Assembly: GCA_050949525.1 (NCBI GenBank)
Contig: JBMNFW010000001.1
Location: 271,890-335,889, forward strand
Direction of reading: 5' to 3'
DNA length: 64,000 nt
Source of the DNA: Patescibacteria group bacterium
Lineage (GTDB): Bacteria > Patescibacteriota > Patescibacteriia > Patescibacteriales > UBA12465
The translations under genes and the position numbers were made by a program. The notes beneath the pieces were generated by a model. That model had not been told where the DNA came from, ran no database searches, and saw only the letters and a list, made by a program, of their open reading frames with translations. Shown here piece after piece: positions 9,541 through 16,862 of the stretch (position 1 is its first letter; each line of letters starts with the position of its first letter).

Positions 9541-9687
9541 ATGTATAAAAGATTACATCAAAGAGGTGTAGTCTTTTTTGTATATAGCGGGTTAAGTGGT
9601 GGAGTAAACCAAACAGATTTTAATATTCTCCAATACTCGGAGCAATTAGATACTTTAGGTTTAACTGTTAGATGTGTGAAGGATTAA
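9541..9687 (+). pseudogene. Relic of the C-terminus of another FISUMP-domain gene
   Basis: This short ORF ends ...QYSEQLDTLGLTVRCVKD*. That matches the characteristic G-x-[ST]-[VI]-R-C-[VLI] ending of two of the three intact paralogs (GYSVRCLRTE, GNSVRCVQDY); the third ends ALAIRCIKDYE, sharing only the IRC core. There is no pilin N-terminus and no core domain. Confidence 0.4.
9554..9579 (+). terminator. Candidate intrinsic terminator after the pilin-FISUMP gene
   Basis: TACATC/GGTGTA stem (one G-U pair), 5-nt loop, then GTCTTTTTT. Confidence 0.45.
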
Positions 9688-9716
9688 AGTTTTAAATAAT
9701 GGTTACTGTGTAAAAA

Positions 9717-9745
9717 TTGATAAAATAGGGTATAGATGTTATAGT
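9717..9745 (+). promoter_or_regulatory. Sigma-70-type promoter for the lipoprotein gene
   Basis: TTGATA, 17 nt, TATAGT. Confidence 0.5.
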
Positions 9746-9772
9746 GTTTATAGTTAAATATTAATTTATTAT

Positions 9773-10474
9773 ATGTTTAAGTTTCAAAGATTTTTTTTCT
9801 TGTTTTTAATTTTAATATCTTTTTCTGCTTGTTCAACTAATAAACCAGAAGTGAAAAATGATTTGGAGAATGTTAATATTAATTTTTTTAGAGAAGGGCA
9901 GTTTAATTCAATGTCGGAAGAAAATTTTACTTCTGAGAATGAAGATAGAAAGATAATTATTGATGAAGAAATCGGTGTTAATCGGGGTCGATATTCAGAT
10001 TATGAATTTGGAATAAGGTTTGAATATGCTAAAGTTGATCCGATTTATACCACTAATCAATGTGAGATTAAAAAAGAGGGGAATGTGATTTCTAATTCTT
10101 GTGGTTATGAGATTATACTTTTGAATAAAAGTCCAAAATTAAATGAAATAGAGGTTATTAATTATCTGATTCCGGATAAGAATAAATCTTATTGTAAAAT
10201 CCGGTTAGCTAATAATGAATATTTAGGTAAGACATATCATATTGATCCAGTTTATGATGAGATATCTAATAGTGAGGAAAATTTAGATACTTTTTGTGGA
10301 CAATATACTACTCATTATATGGGGCATAGGTATAAATTTTATTTTAATTCAGATTATCCTGATCGTTTTGTTGTTATTAAATATGGTGGCCATGAACCTA
10401 GTGGTGTGTTAGAGAAAAAAGATAATGGTTATTACAAATTCTGGTATGAAACTATAGAATTTTTTAATGACTAA
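9773..10474 (+). CDS. Putative lipoprotein, function unknown
   Basis: Signal peptide ending in the lipobox-like ISFSAC, with several conserved-looking Cys. No recognisable domain. Confidence 0.6.
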   Translation: MFKFQRFFFLFLILISFSACSTNKPEVKNDLENVNINFFREGQFNSMSEENFTSENEDRKIIIDEEIGVNRGRYSDYEFGIRFEYAKVDPIYTTNQCEIKKEGNVISNSCGYEIILLNKSPKLNEIEVINYLIPDKNKSYCKIRLANNEYLGKTYHIDPVYDEISNSEENLDTFCGQYTTHYMGHRYKFYFNSDYPDRFVVIKYGGHEPSGVLEKKDNGYYKFWYETIEFFND

Positions 10475-10493
10475 AATAGTTGAGTAGTTTTTT

Positions 10494-10522
10494 TTGATAA
10501 AAGGCATGAACTTTGTTATATT
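10494..10522 (+). promoter_or_regulatory. Sigma-70-type promoter
   Basis: TTGATA, 17 nt, TATATT. It ends 6 nt before the TTG start at 10529, so the mRNA would be near-leaderless. Confidence 0.45.
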
Positions 10523-10528
10523 ATAAAG

Positions 10529-11158
10529 TTGAACATTAAAATAGATATAATGATTAGAAGGTTAGATGAGCAAATTAGTATTTTAAATCAATTTATTCCA
10601 GAAGTTGGATTTATTGATGAAAGGAGAATTACAAGAGGGCTTCCATTGGCTGCTGAGGGATGGTTTATTATTCCTCGGTGGCAATTACTAGCCTCTACCT
10701 ATGAAGAGGCTTTGGAGTTGATCCTAGAGAGAGGTAATTTTTTAAATTATTTCCATGGTCAACTTCAGGAAAGAGAGGTGGAGAGAGGTGGGCTAGAAAA
10801 AAAATTAGAGATCATCTCCAAGAGTCAGAATAGCGATATCCTGATTTTGCCAGCCCAATTAGGACTGCTGTATAAAGGGTATAGCTCTGATGAAGTTCGT
10901 AGATCTCTTAAGGAGAACGAGTTTCAACTAGGGGCTTTTGAGATGAGTGTAATACTTCTCACACATAAAAATCGTTTGAATCATTACAATGATTTAGGGA
11001 TTTTATGTGGAGGAGATATGATCAATCCGGACCCAGAGGAGGAGATTGATTATACTAGCATTCCCAGTTTCTCTTTTAGAGGGCGAAGCTCTCAAGTTAG
11101 CTTGAAGTGGAGCGTCCAATCGTTACCGTCTTATGGTTCGGTAACCGCCTTTCTTTAA
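10529..11158 (+). CDS. Hypothetical protein in a compositionally atypical (GC-richer) segment
   Basis: 209-aa ORF with no motif I recognise. It is visibly richer in G+C than the flanks. The start is ambiguous: TTG at 10529 or ATG at 10550. Confidence 0.5.
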   Translation: MNIKIDIMIRRLDEQISILNQFIPEVGFIDERRITRGLPLAAEGWFIIPRWQLLASTYEEALELILERGNFLNYFHGQLQEREVERGGLEKKLEIISKSQNSDILILPAQLGLLYKGYSSDEVRRSLKENEFQLGAFEMSVILLTHKNRLNHYNDLGILCGGDMINPDPEEEIDYTSIPSFSFRGRSSQVSLKWSVQSLPSYGSVTAFL

Positions 11159-11165
11159 AATATTA

Positions 11166-11190
11166 GAGGGTTTTTATAAACCCTCGTTTT
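11166..11190 (+). terminator. Intrinsic terminator
   Basis: GAGGGTTT/AAACCCTC stem, 4-nt loop, then GTTTTATTT. Confidence 0.7.
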
Positions 11191-11203
11191 ATTTATACAA
11201 CTC

Positions 11204-11232
11204 TTGACAACAATAATAAATAAATATATAAT
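11204..11232 (+). promoter_or_regulatory. Consensus sigma-70 promoter of the infA-rpmJ-rpsM... operon
   Basis: TTGACA, 17 nt, TATAAT (both hexamers perfect). Confidence 0.7.
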
Positions 11233-11321
11233 CAATTTATAAATATTTTTAAAATATTTTTTTTGTATTTAAAAAGAGATTTTAACAAAAAGATTATTTT
11301 TGTTAAGGTTTTTTTGTGTTA

Positions 11322-11561
11322 ATGGATAAAGAAAATAATTCTAGCATTGATTCTAAAGACTTCTTAGAATTAAAGGGGGAGATAATAGAATTAATGCCGG
11401 CAGCTAATTTTAAGATAAAATTAGAAAATGGTCATGAAATATTAGGACATTTGTCTGGTAAAATGAGAATGAATCGAATTAGGCTTTTGCCAGGCGATAA
11501 GGTTAAAGTTCAAATGAGTCCTTATGATTTAAGTAAGGGTCGAATAGTTTTTCGTCTTTAA
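11322..11561 (+). CDS. infA: Translation initiation factor IF-1
   Basis: S1-like domain: [60 protein letters not shown]. An alternative GTG start lies at 11316. Confidence 0.93.
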   Translation: MDKENNSSIDSKDFLELKGEIIELMPAANFKIKLENGHEILGHLSGKMRMNRIRLLPGDKVKVQMSPYDLSKGRIVFRL

Positions 11562-11576
11562 TTTAATTAAGAAAAT

Positions 11577-11690
11577 ATGAAAGTTAGAGCTAGTGCTAAA
11601 AAAATTTGTAAAGATTGTAAGATAATTCGTCGTAAAGGGCGAGTTTATGTAATTTGTAAAAATCCTAGGCATAAGCAACGTCAGGGTTAG
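11577..11690 (+). CDS. rpmJ: 50S ribosomal protein L36
   Basis: Not in the ORF track (37 aa). My own translation is [37 protein letters not shown]. The infA-rpmJ-rpsM order is canonical. Confidence 0.93.
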   Translation: MKVRASAKKICKDCKIIRRKGRVYVICKNPRHKQRQG

Positions 11691-11720
11691 TTTTTATTTA
11701 TTAAGATATAAAATAAAATT

Positions 11721-12116
11721 ATGGCAGTAAGAATTTCTGGAATAAATATTCCTAATGATAAAAGAGTCGAGGTGGCCCTAACCTATATCCATGGAATTGG
11801 ACTAAAGACTTCACAAGATATTCTAAAGAAGGCTAAAGTTAATCCTAATACTCGAGTTAAAGATTTAAAAGAAAGTGAAGCTAATACTTTACGTGATATT
11901 ATTGAAAAAAATTATGTAACTGAAGGGGATCTTCGTCGAGAAGTAGCTAGTAATATTAAACGATTGAAAGAAATAGGATCTCGAGTTGGGATTTGTCATT
12001 CTAAGCATTTACCTGTTCGAGGGCAACGAACTAAAACTAATAGTCGAACAGTGCGAGGAAATAAAAGAGCTACTATGGGATCTGGTAAGAGTAAAGCTGG
12101 AAGTCAAAAAACTTAA
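11721..12116 (+). CDS. rpsM: 30S ribosomal protein S13
   Basis: [32 protein letters not shown], typical S13. Confidence 0.95.
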   Translation: MAVRISGINIPNDKRVEVALTYIHGIGLKTSQDILKKAKVNPNTRVKDLKESEANTLRDIIEKNYVTEGDLRREVASNIKRLKEIGSRVGICHSKHLPVRGQRTKTNSRTVRGNKRATMGSGKSKAGSQKT

Positions 12117-12147
12117 TTTATATCATATATTAAATAATAAATAAAAT

Positions 12148-12738
12148 ATGAGTGAAGAAAAAAAGGAAAAAGATAAACAAGAAGAAGCGGATAAGGAAAC
12201 TAAGGCTTCCGAATTAGAAACATCAGAGGATTTATTTTCTGATGATGATGACTTGTTTTCAGTTGACTCAGAATCTAAAGATGAAACTGAGGATCTACCA
12301 GAAGAAATTAAACAAAAATTAGAAAAAAATAAACAGGCTCGAAGTAAAAAGAAGTTATCTAAGAAAAGAAAGAAAAAGGAGAATATTAGAGTTAAATCTG
12401 GTCATGCCTATATTAAAGCTACTTATAACAATACCGTGATATCTTTAAGTGATAAGTCTGGTAATGTTATATCTTGGGCTAGTGCTGGAATGGCTGGATT
12501 TAAAGGGGCCAAGAAGGCTACTCCTTATGCGGCTCAAATTATTGCTAAAATTGCAGTTTTAAAAGCTAAAGAAGAGTATGGTTTAGAAGAAGTTAAAGTT
12601 TTTGTAGCTGGGGTTGGAACTGGTCGAGAAGCTGCAATTCGAGCTTTAAATGCTAATGGTTTGGAAATAACAATAATTAAGGATGTGACTTCAGTACCTC
12701 ATAATGGTTGTCGTCCTAAAAAAGCTCGTCGAGTTTAA
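12148..12738 (+). CDS. rpsK: 30S ribosomal protein S11 with a ~65-aa acidic/basic low-complexity N-terminal extension
   Basis: The core [46 protein letters not shown] is S11. The first ~65 aa are E/D/K-rich. Confidence 0.93.
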   Translation: MSEEKKEKDKQEEADKETKASELETSEDLFSDDDDLFSVDSESKDETEDLPEEIKQKLEKNKQARSKKKLSKKRKKKENIRVKSGHAYIKATYNNTVISLSDKSGNVISWASAGMAGFKGAKKATPYAAQIIAKIAVLKAKEEYGLEEVKVFVAGVGTGREAAIRALNANGLEITIIKDVTSVPHNGCRPKKARRV

Positions 12739-12763
12739 TTAATCAAAAATAACTAATATAAAT

Positions 12764-13399
12764 ATGGGAAAAAATTTAGATGCTAAATGTAAACAATGTC
12801 GCCGAGCTGGGGAGAAGTTATTCCTAAAAGGGGAGCGATGCTTTTCACCTAAGTGTGCTATGGTTAAAAGAAATTATCCTCCAGGATTTCATGGTCCTAA
12901 AGGTAAAAAAAGATTAACTGATTATGGTCTACAATTAAATGAAAAGCAAAAGGCTCGAAAGATGTATGGTTTAAGAGAAGGGCAATTTAAGCTTATATTT
13001 AAAAAAGAACAAAGTCGTGGTGGTGATGTTGGGGCTAATTTTCTTAGAGCTTTAGAGATGCGTTTAGATAATATTATTTATCGAGCTGGATTTGCTCCGT
13101 CTCGGCAACAAGCTCGACAAATTGTTAGTCATGGTCATGTCACTATTGATGATAAAAAGATGAATATTCCTTCTTATCAAGTTAAGATTGGTCAAGTTGT
13201 TAAAATAAAGAAAAGTTCTGCTAAGAATAAATATTTTAGGGATTTACCGGAAAGATTAAAAACTTTAGCTCCTGAGCAAAAAAGTTGGCTAGCGGTTGAT
13301 GTGAAGGATTTATCAGCTAAAGTTTTACACGAACCTCGAACTGAAGACCTGCCTCAGAATATTAAAACCCACATGATTATTGAGTTTTATTCAAAATAA
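12764..13399 (+). CDS. rpsD: 30S ribosomal protein S4
   Basis: N-terminal CKQCRR...CFSPKC zinc-ribbon type S4 with an S4 RNA-binding domain (RLDNIIYRAGFAPSRQQARQIVSHGHV). Confidence 0.95.
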   Translation: MGKNLDAKCKQCRRAGEKLFLKGERCFSPKCAMVKRNYPPGFHGPKGKKRLTDYGLQLNEKQKARKMYGLREGQFKLIFKKEQSRGGDVGANFLRALEMRLDNIIYRAGFAPSRQQARQIVSHGHVTIDDKKMNIPSYQVKIGQVVKIKKSSAKNKYFRDLPERLKTLAPEQKSWLAVDVKDLSAKVLHEPRTEDLPQNIKTHMIIEFYSK

Positions 13400-13421
13400 T
13401 TTTTATTAATTTTAAAATAAT

Positions 13422-14234
13422 ATGGAAAAAATAGCTTTAGCCAAAAAAATTGATTTTAAACCTGGGGAGACTGCTAATGATGGAGTAGTCACCATTGAAC
13501 CTCTATTTCCTGGTTACGGCAATACCATTGGTAATTCCTTACGTCGAGTATTATTATCTTCTTTGCCAGGTGCTGCAGTAGTAGGAGTGAAAATAAAGGG
13601 AGTTAAACATGAATTTATGGCTGTTAAGGGGGTCAAAGAAGATGCTATTGATATTATTTTAAATTTAAAGCAATTAAGATTTAAAATTTTAGGAGAAGTA
13701 GAAGAGCCAATTAAATTAGAATTAAATGTACAGGGCAAAAAAACAGTTAGTGCTAAAGATATTAAGAAGAATAGTTTAGTTGAAATTGCTAATCCTGATT
13801 TAGTTTTAGCCACTATTACTGATAATACTGCTAGTTTAGGTATGGATATTTATGTTCTGCCTGGTATGGGTTATTCTATGGTTGATGCTGATAGAAAATC
13901 TAGTAAAGAGGTTGACTATATTGAGTTTGACTCAATTTTTTCTCCAATTATGGGAGTTAATTACAAGGTAGAGAACGTTCGGGTTGGAAAAATGACTAAC
14001 TGGGATAAATTAATTTTAGAAGTAAAAACTGATGGAACTATTTCAGTGGAAGAAGCTTTTAATCAATCAGTTAAGATTTTAGTTGATCAATTTAAAGCTT
14101 TGATTACTTTAGAAGAGAAAGAAGAAAAGAAGGAAAAAAAGGAGGAAAAGAAGGAAGTGAAGAAGGATGATAAGGAAAAGAAAGAAGAAAAGAAAAAGGC
14201 TAGTACTAAAACAACTGCTAAGAAAAGTAAATAA
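13422..14234 (+). CDS. rpoA: DNA-directed RNA polymerase alpha subunit: N-terminal domain only, with a K/E-rich tail in place of the alpha-CTD
   Basis: IEPLFPGYGNTIGNSLRRVLLSSLPGAAV is typical of the alpha-NTD. After ~aa 228 the sequence is EEKEEKKEKKEEKKEVKKDDKEKKEEKKKASTKTTAKKSK. Total length is 270 aa. Confidence 0.9.
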   Translation: MEKIALAKKIDFKPGETANDGVVTIEPLFPGYGNTIGNSLRRVLLSSLPGAAVVGVKIKGVKHEFMAVKGVKEDAIDIILNLKQLRFKILGEVEEPIKLELNVQGKKTVSAKDIKKNSLVEIANPDLVLATITDNTASLGMDIYVLPGMGYSMVDADRKSSKEVDYIEFDSIFSPIMGVNYKVENVRVGKMTNWDKLILEVKTDGTISVEEAFNQSVKILVDQFKALITLEEKEEKKEKKEEKKEVKKDDKEKKEEKKKASTKTTAKKSK

Positions 14235-14251
14235 TAAATTTAAATAATAAT

Positions 14252-14602
14252 ATGAGACATAAAAATAAAGGTAAAATTTTAGGTAGAACTAAAGAGGCGC
14301 GAGAAATGATGTTAAGGAATTTGCTTTCTAGTATTATTATCTATGAAAAGGTAGAGACTACTAAAGCTAAAGCTAAAGCTGTTAAACCATTATTAGAAAA
14401 AGCAATTACTACTGCTAAAAAGGGTGATCTAGCTTCTCGTCGAGAATTGTTAAAAATAATTTTAGAACCTAAGGCGGTTAATAAGTCTTTTGAGGTTTTA
14501 GCTGAAAGATATAAAGATAGGGCTGGTGGTTATAGTCGAATTATAAAAATTGGAAATCGAGTTGGTGATGGGGCTGAAATGGTTCAAATTGAGTTAGTAT
14601 AA
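14252..14602 (+). CDS. rplQ: 50S ribosomal protein L17
   Basis: MRHKNKGKILGRTKEAREMMLRNL; follows rpoA. Confidence 0.95.
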   Translation: MRHKNKGKILGRTKEAREMMLRNLLSSIIIYEKVETTKAKAKAVKPLLEKAITTAKKGDLASRRELLKIILEPKAVNKSFEVLAERYKDRAGGYSRIIKIGNRVGDGAEMVQIELV

Positions 14603-14625
14603 TAAAATTAATAAAAAATAAAAAT

Positions 14626-14973
14626 ATGGAAAGAAAGATACATAAAATTGATGCTAGTGGGCAAGCGGTGGGACGAATTGCTACTCAAATTGCTACTATT
14701 TTACGAGGAAAACATAAACCTGAATTTCAACCTCATATGGATTTAGGTGATATAGTTGAGGTTATCAATGTTGATCAACTTAAATTTAGTGGTAAGAAAT
14801 TAGAACAAAAAAAATATTTTAGTCACACTGGTCATATTGGAGGTTTAAAGGAAAAGAAAATGAAGGATGTTTTCTCTCAAGATCCAGGAGAGGTTTTGCG
14901 ACGAGCGGTCCGTGAAATGTTAGCTCCGACCAGATTAAGAAAAGATATTATGAAAAGATTGATTATTAGATAA
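14626..14973 (+). CDS. rplM: 50S ribosomal protein L13 (short, 115 aa)
   Basis: GRIATQIATILRGKHKPEFQPHMDLGD and HTGHIGGLKE. Both termini are trimmed relative to E. coli L13 as I recall it. Confidence 0.9.
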   Translation: MERKIHKIDASGQAVGRIATQIATILRGKHKPEFQPHMDLGDIVEVINVDQLKFSGKKLEQKKYFSHTGHIGGLKEKKMKDVFSQDPGEVLRRAVREMLAPTRLRKDIMKRLIIR

Positions 14974-14986
14974 TATTATTAAATTT

Positions 14987-15466
14987 ATGAGTGAAGATAA
15001 AAAAACAAAAAAAGCTACTACTAAAAAAACTACTGTTAAAAAAGTAGCTCCAAAAGAAAAAGTTAGTATTAAGGCTAAGAAATATATCAAAGCTATTGGA
15101 AGAAGAAAAACTTCAGTGGCTCAGGTTAGGATGTATGAAAAAGGTAAGGGTGAAATTATTATTAATGATAAATCAGCTTTAGATTATTTTAAAAAAGAGG
15201 AAACAGTAAATATTTTAACTCAACCTTTAAAATTAGTGTCTAAACTAGATGATTTTGATTTTTCAATTATTGTTAAGGGTGGAGGATATTTAGGGCAAGT
15301 AGATGCTATTAAACATGGCATTGCTCGAGCTTTAGTAAAGTATGATCCTGAATTAAAAACTATTTTAAAAACCGATGGACATTTAACTCGAGATCCTAGA
15401 AAAAAAGAGAGAAAGAAACCAGGATTAAAGAAAGCTCGTAAAGCTTCACAGTGGTCTAAGAGATAA
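14987..15466 (+). CDS. rpsI: 30S ribosomal protein S9 with a K-rich N-terminal extension
   Basis: AIGRRKTSVAQVRMYEKGKGEIIIN and the C-terminal KKARKASQWSKR. Confidence 0.95.
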   Translation: MSEDKKTKKATTKKTTVKKVAPKEKVSIKAKKYIKAIGRRKTSVAQVRMYEKGKGEIIINDKSALDYFKKEETVNILTQPLKLVSKLDDFDFSIIVKGGGYLGQVDAIKHGIARALVKYDPELKTILKTDGHLTRDPRKKERKKPGLKKARKASQWSKR

Positions 15467-15490
15467 TTTATTTCATTTATTATATATATT

Positions 15491-15520
15491 AAATCCCCTC
15501 ATTGTAGGGGATTTTATGTT
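15491..15520 (+). terminator. Intrinsic terminator after rpsI
   Basis: AATCCCCT/AGGGGATT stem, 6-nt loop, T-rich tail. Confidence 0.75.
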
Positions 15521-15540
15521 TTAATGAACTTATAATTTAT

Positions 15541-15613
15541 TATAGCTCCAAAAATAAGATAAAATGGAGCTATGATTTGACATATCTCCAAAAATAAGAT
15601 AAAATGGAGATAT
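15541..15613. repeat. Two tandem 32-nt hairpin-capable repeats, 40-bp period, upstream of and over the fic promoter
   Basis: Copy 1 is ATAGCTCCA-aaaataagataaaa-TGGAGCTAT (15542-15573). Copy 2 is ATATCTCCA-aaaataagataaaa-TGGAGATAT (15582-15613). The loops are identical. The single arm difference (G->T) is mirrored in the other arm (C->A). Confidence 0.85.
15577..15605 (+). promoter_or_regulatory. Sigma-70-type promoter of fic, embedded in repeat copy 2
   Basis: TTGACA, 17 nt, TAAAAT. The ATG lies 13 nt after the -10 box, so the leader is very short. Confidence 0.55.
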
Positions 15614-15618
15614 AAAAT

Positions 15619-16761
15619 ATGAAAAATTTTATTGCTGGAAAATATAAAAAACAATTTCGAGATAAGGAATTCGAATATCAGAGTTTTTCACCAACATTCA
15701 TAAATCGTGATTTTAATTGGTGTGATAAAAAAATTGACGTTTTATTGGAGCGAGCGACTCGATTATTGGGAGAGCTTAATGCTTATTCGTATTTAGTTCC
15801 TGATGTTAATTTTTTTATTCAAATGAATGTTGTTAGGGAGGCTACTAAGTCTAGTATGATTGAGGGTACTCGTACAGATATTGATGAAGTGATATTACCA
15901 AGAGAGGAGATTGATCCAAGAAAAAGGGATGATTGGGAAGAGGTGCAAAACTATATAAAAGCACTTAATTTTGCTATTTCTGAATTAAAAGTTTTACCAC
16001 TTAGTATGAGATTAATTTGTGAAACTCATAAAAAACTATTATTAGGTGTAAGAGGTGAGTATAAAAATCCTGGAGAAATAAGACGAAGTCAAAATTGGAT
16101 TGGCGGATCTTCTTTATCTGATGCTTTTTTTATTCCACCTAGTTATGAAGAGCTTCCAGATTTACTCGCCGATGTTGAAAAATTTTGGCATAATAAAAGT
16201 TTAAATTTACCTTTGATAATAAAAATAGGTATTATTCATTATCAGTTTGAAACTATTCACCCCTTTTTGGACGGTAACGGTCGCATTGGTAGACTTTTAA
16301 TTGCATTACAATTAGTTGAATCAAAAATTTTAACTAAACCTACTCTCTATCTATCAGTTTTTTTTGAGAAAAATAGAATTTCTTATTATGATTCTTTGAA
16401 TATGGTAAGAAAAAGTAATGATTTGGAGCAATGGATTAAATTTTTTTTGAATGGCATTATTGATACAGCTGATGATAGTATAAATACTTTTAAAAAGATT
16501 ATTAATTTACGTTTAGAATATGAACAAAAGATACTTAGCTTAGGTGTTCGAGCTAAAAATGCTCAGGAATTAATTAGATATATGTTTTCAAAACCAATTG
16601 TTAATTCAAAATTAGTTCAAGAGAATATTAAAATTAGCTCTAATACTTCTAATAGACTTTTAAAATCTCTTATTGATTTAAAGATTGTGGAAGAGATTAC
16701 TGGGTATTCTCGAAATAGATTTTATGTTTTAAGAGATTATTTGAATTTATTTAAGAAATAA
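15619..16761 (+). CDS. fic: Fic-family protein (AMPylase-type) with an internal inhibitory motif and a C-terminal winged-helix-like domain
   Basis: Active-site motif HPFLDGNGRIGR. The upstream SSMIEG matches the (S/T)xxxE(G/N) autoinhibition motif of class II Fic proteins. The C-terminus SNTSNRLLKSLIDLKIVEEITGYSRNRFYV is wHTH-like. Confidence 0.85.
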   Translation: MKNFIAGKYKKQFRDKEFEYQSFSPTFINRDFNWCDKKIDVLLERATRLLGELNAYSYLVPDVNFFIQMNVVREATKSSMIEGTRTDIDEVILPREEIDPRKRDDWEEVQNYIKALNFAISELKVLPLSMRLICETHKKLLLGVRGEYKNPGEIRRSQNWIGGSSLSDAFFIPPSYEELPDLLADVEKFWHNKSLNLPLIIKIGIIHYQFETIHPFLDGNGRIGRLLIALQLVESKILTKPTLYLSVFFEKNRISYYDSLNMVRKSNDLEQWIKFFLNGIIDTADDSINTFKKIINLRLEYEQKILSLGVRAKNAQELIRYMFSKPIVNSKLVQENIKISSNTSNRLLKSLIDLKIVEEITGYSRNRFYVLRDYLNLFKK

Positions 16762-16768
16762 AATTATA

Positions 16769-16797
16769 TTGACTCAATATTTGCTGTATGATACTAT
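16769..16797 (+). promoter_or_regulatory. Sigma-70-type promoter with an extended -10
   Basis: TTGACT, 17 nt (ending TGa), TACTAT. Confidence 0.5.
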
Positions 16798-16835
16798 ATT
16801 ATTATAGTTCTTTTATGAATTTTTTCTAATCTCGT

Positions 16836-16862
16836 GAGATTTGCACAAGCAAATCTCTTTTT
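16836..16862 (+). terminator. Terminator-like hairpin inside the GT2 leader
   Basis: GAGATTTGC-acaa-GCAAATCTC perfect 9-bp stem followed by TTTTTATATTTT. It lies about 32 nt downstream of the predicted start site and 32 nt upstream of the GT2 ATG. Confidence 0.55.

Noticed and set aside
9361-9687. Diversity-generating retroelement (VR/TR pair) formed by the 3' end of the FISUMP gene and the downstream relic
   Set aside because: The two segments are similar only at the protein-motif level (GYSVRCLR against GLTVRCVK). By eye, DNA identity is far below that of a TR/VR pair, the mismatches are not adenine-specific, and the window has no reverse transcriptase gene.
13514-13813. 99-aa minus-strand ORF inside rpoA, and similar short antisense ORFs at 1595-1816, 19436-19630, 20066-20302, 21488-21697, 23337-23558, 24910-25110, 25377-25610, 26688-26876, 27257-27442, 29467-29673, 31559-31792, 32767-33003, 45924-46181, 51130-51312, 52115-52318, 52736-52927 and 60902-61108
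   Set aside because: All are nested in confidently identified genes on the other strand. AT-rich genomes generate such stop-free antisense frames by chance.
15541-15613. Possible CRISPR array
   Set aside because: There are only two repeat copies separated by 8 nt, no spacer-sized unique segments and no cas genes. I treated it as a regulatory repeat instead. I saw no CRISPR-like array anywhere in the window.
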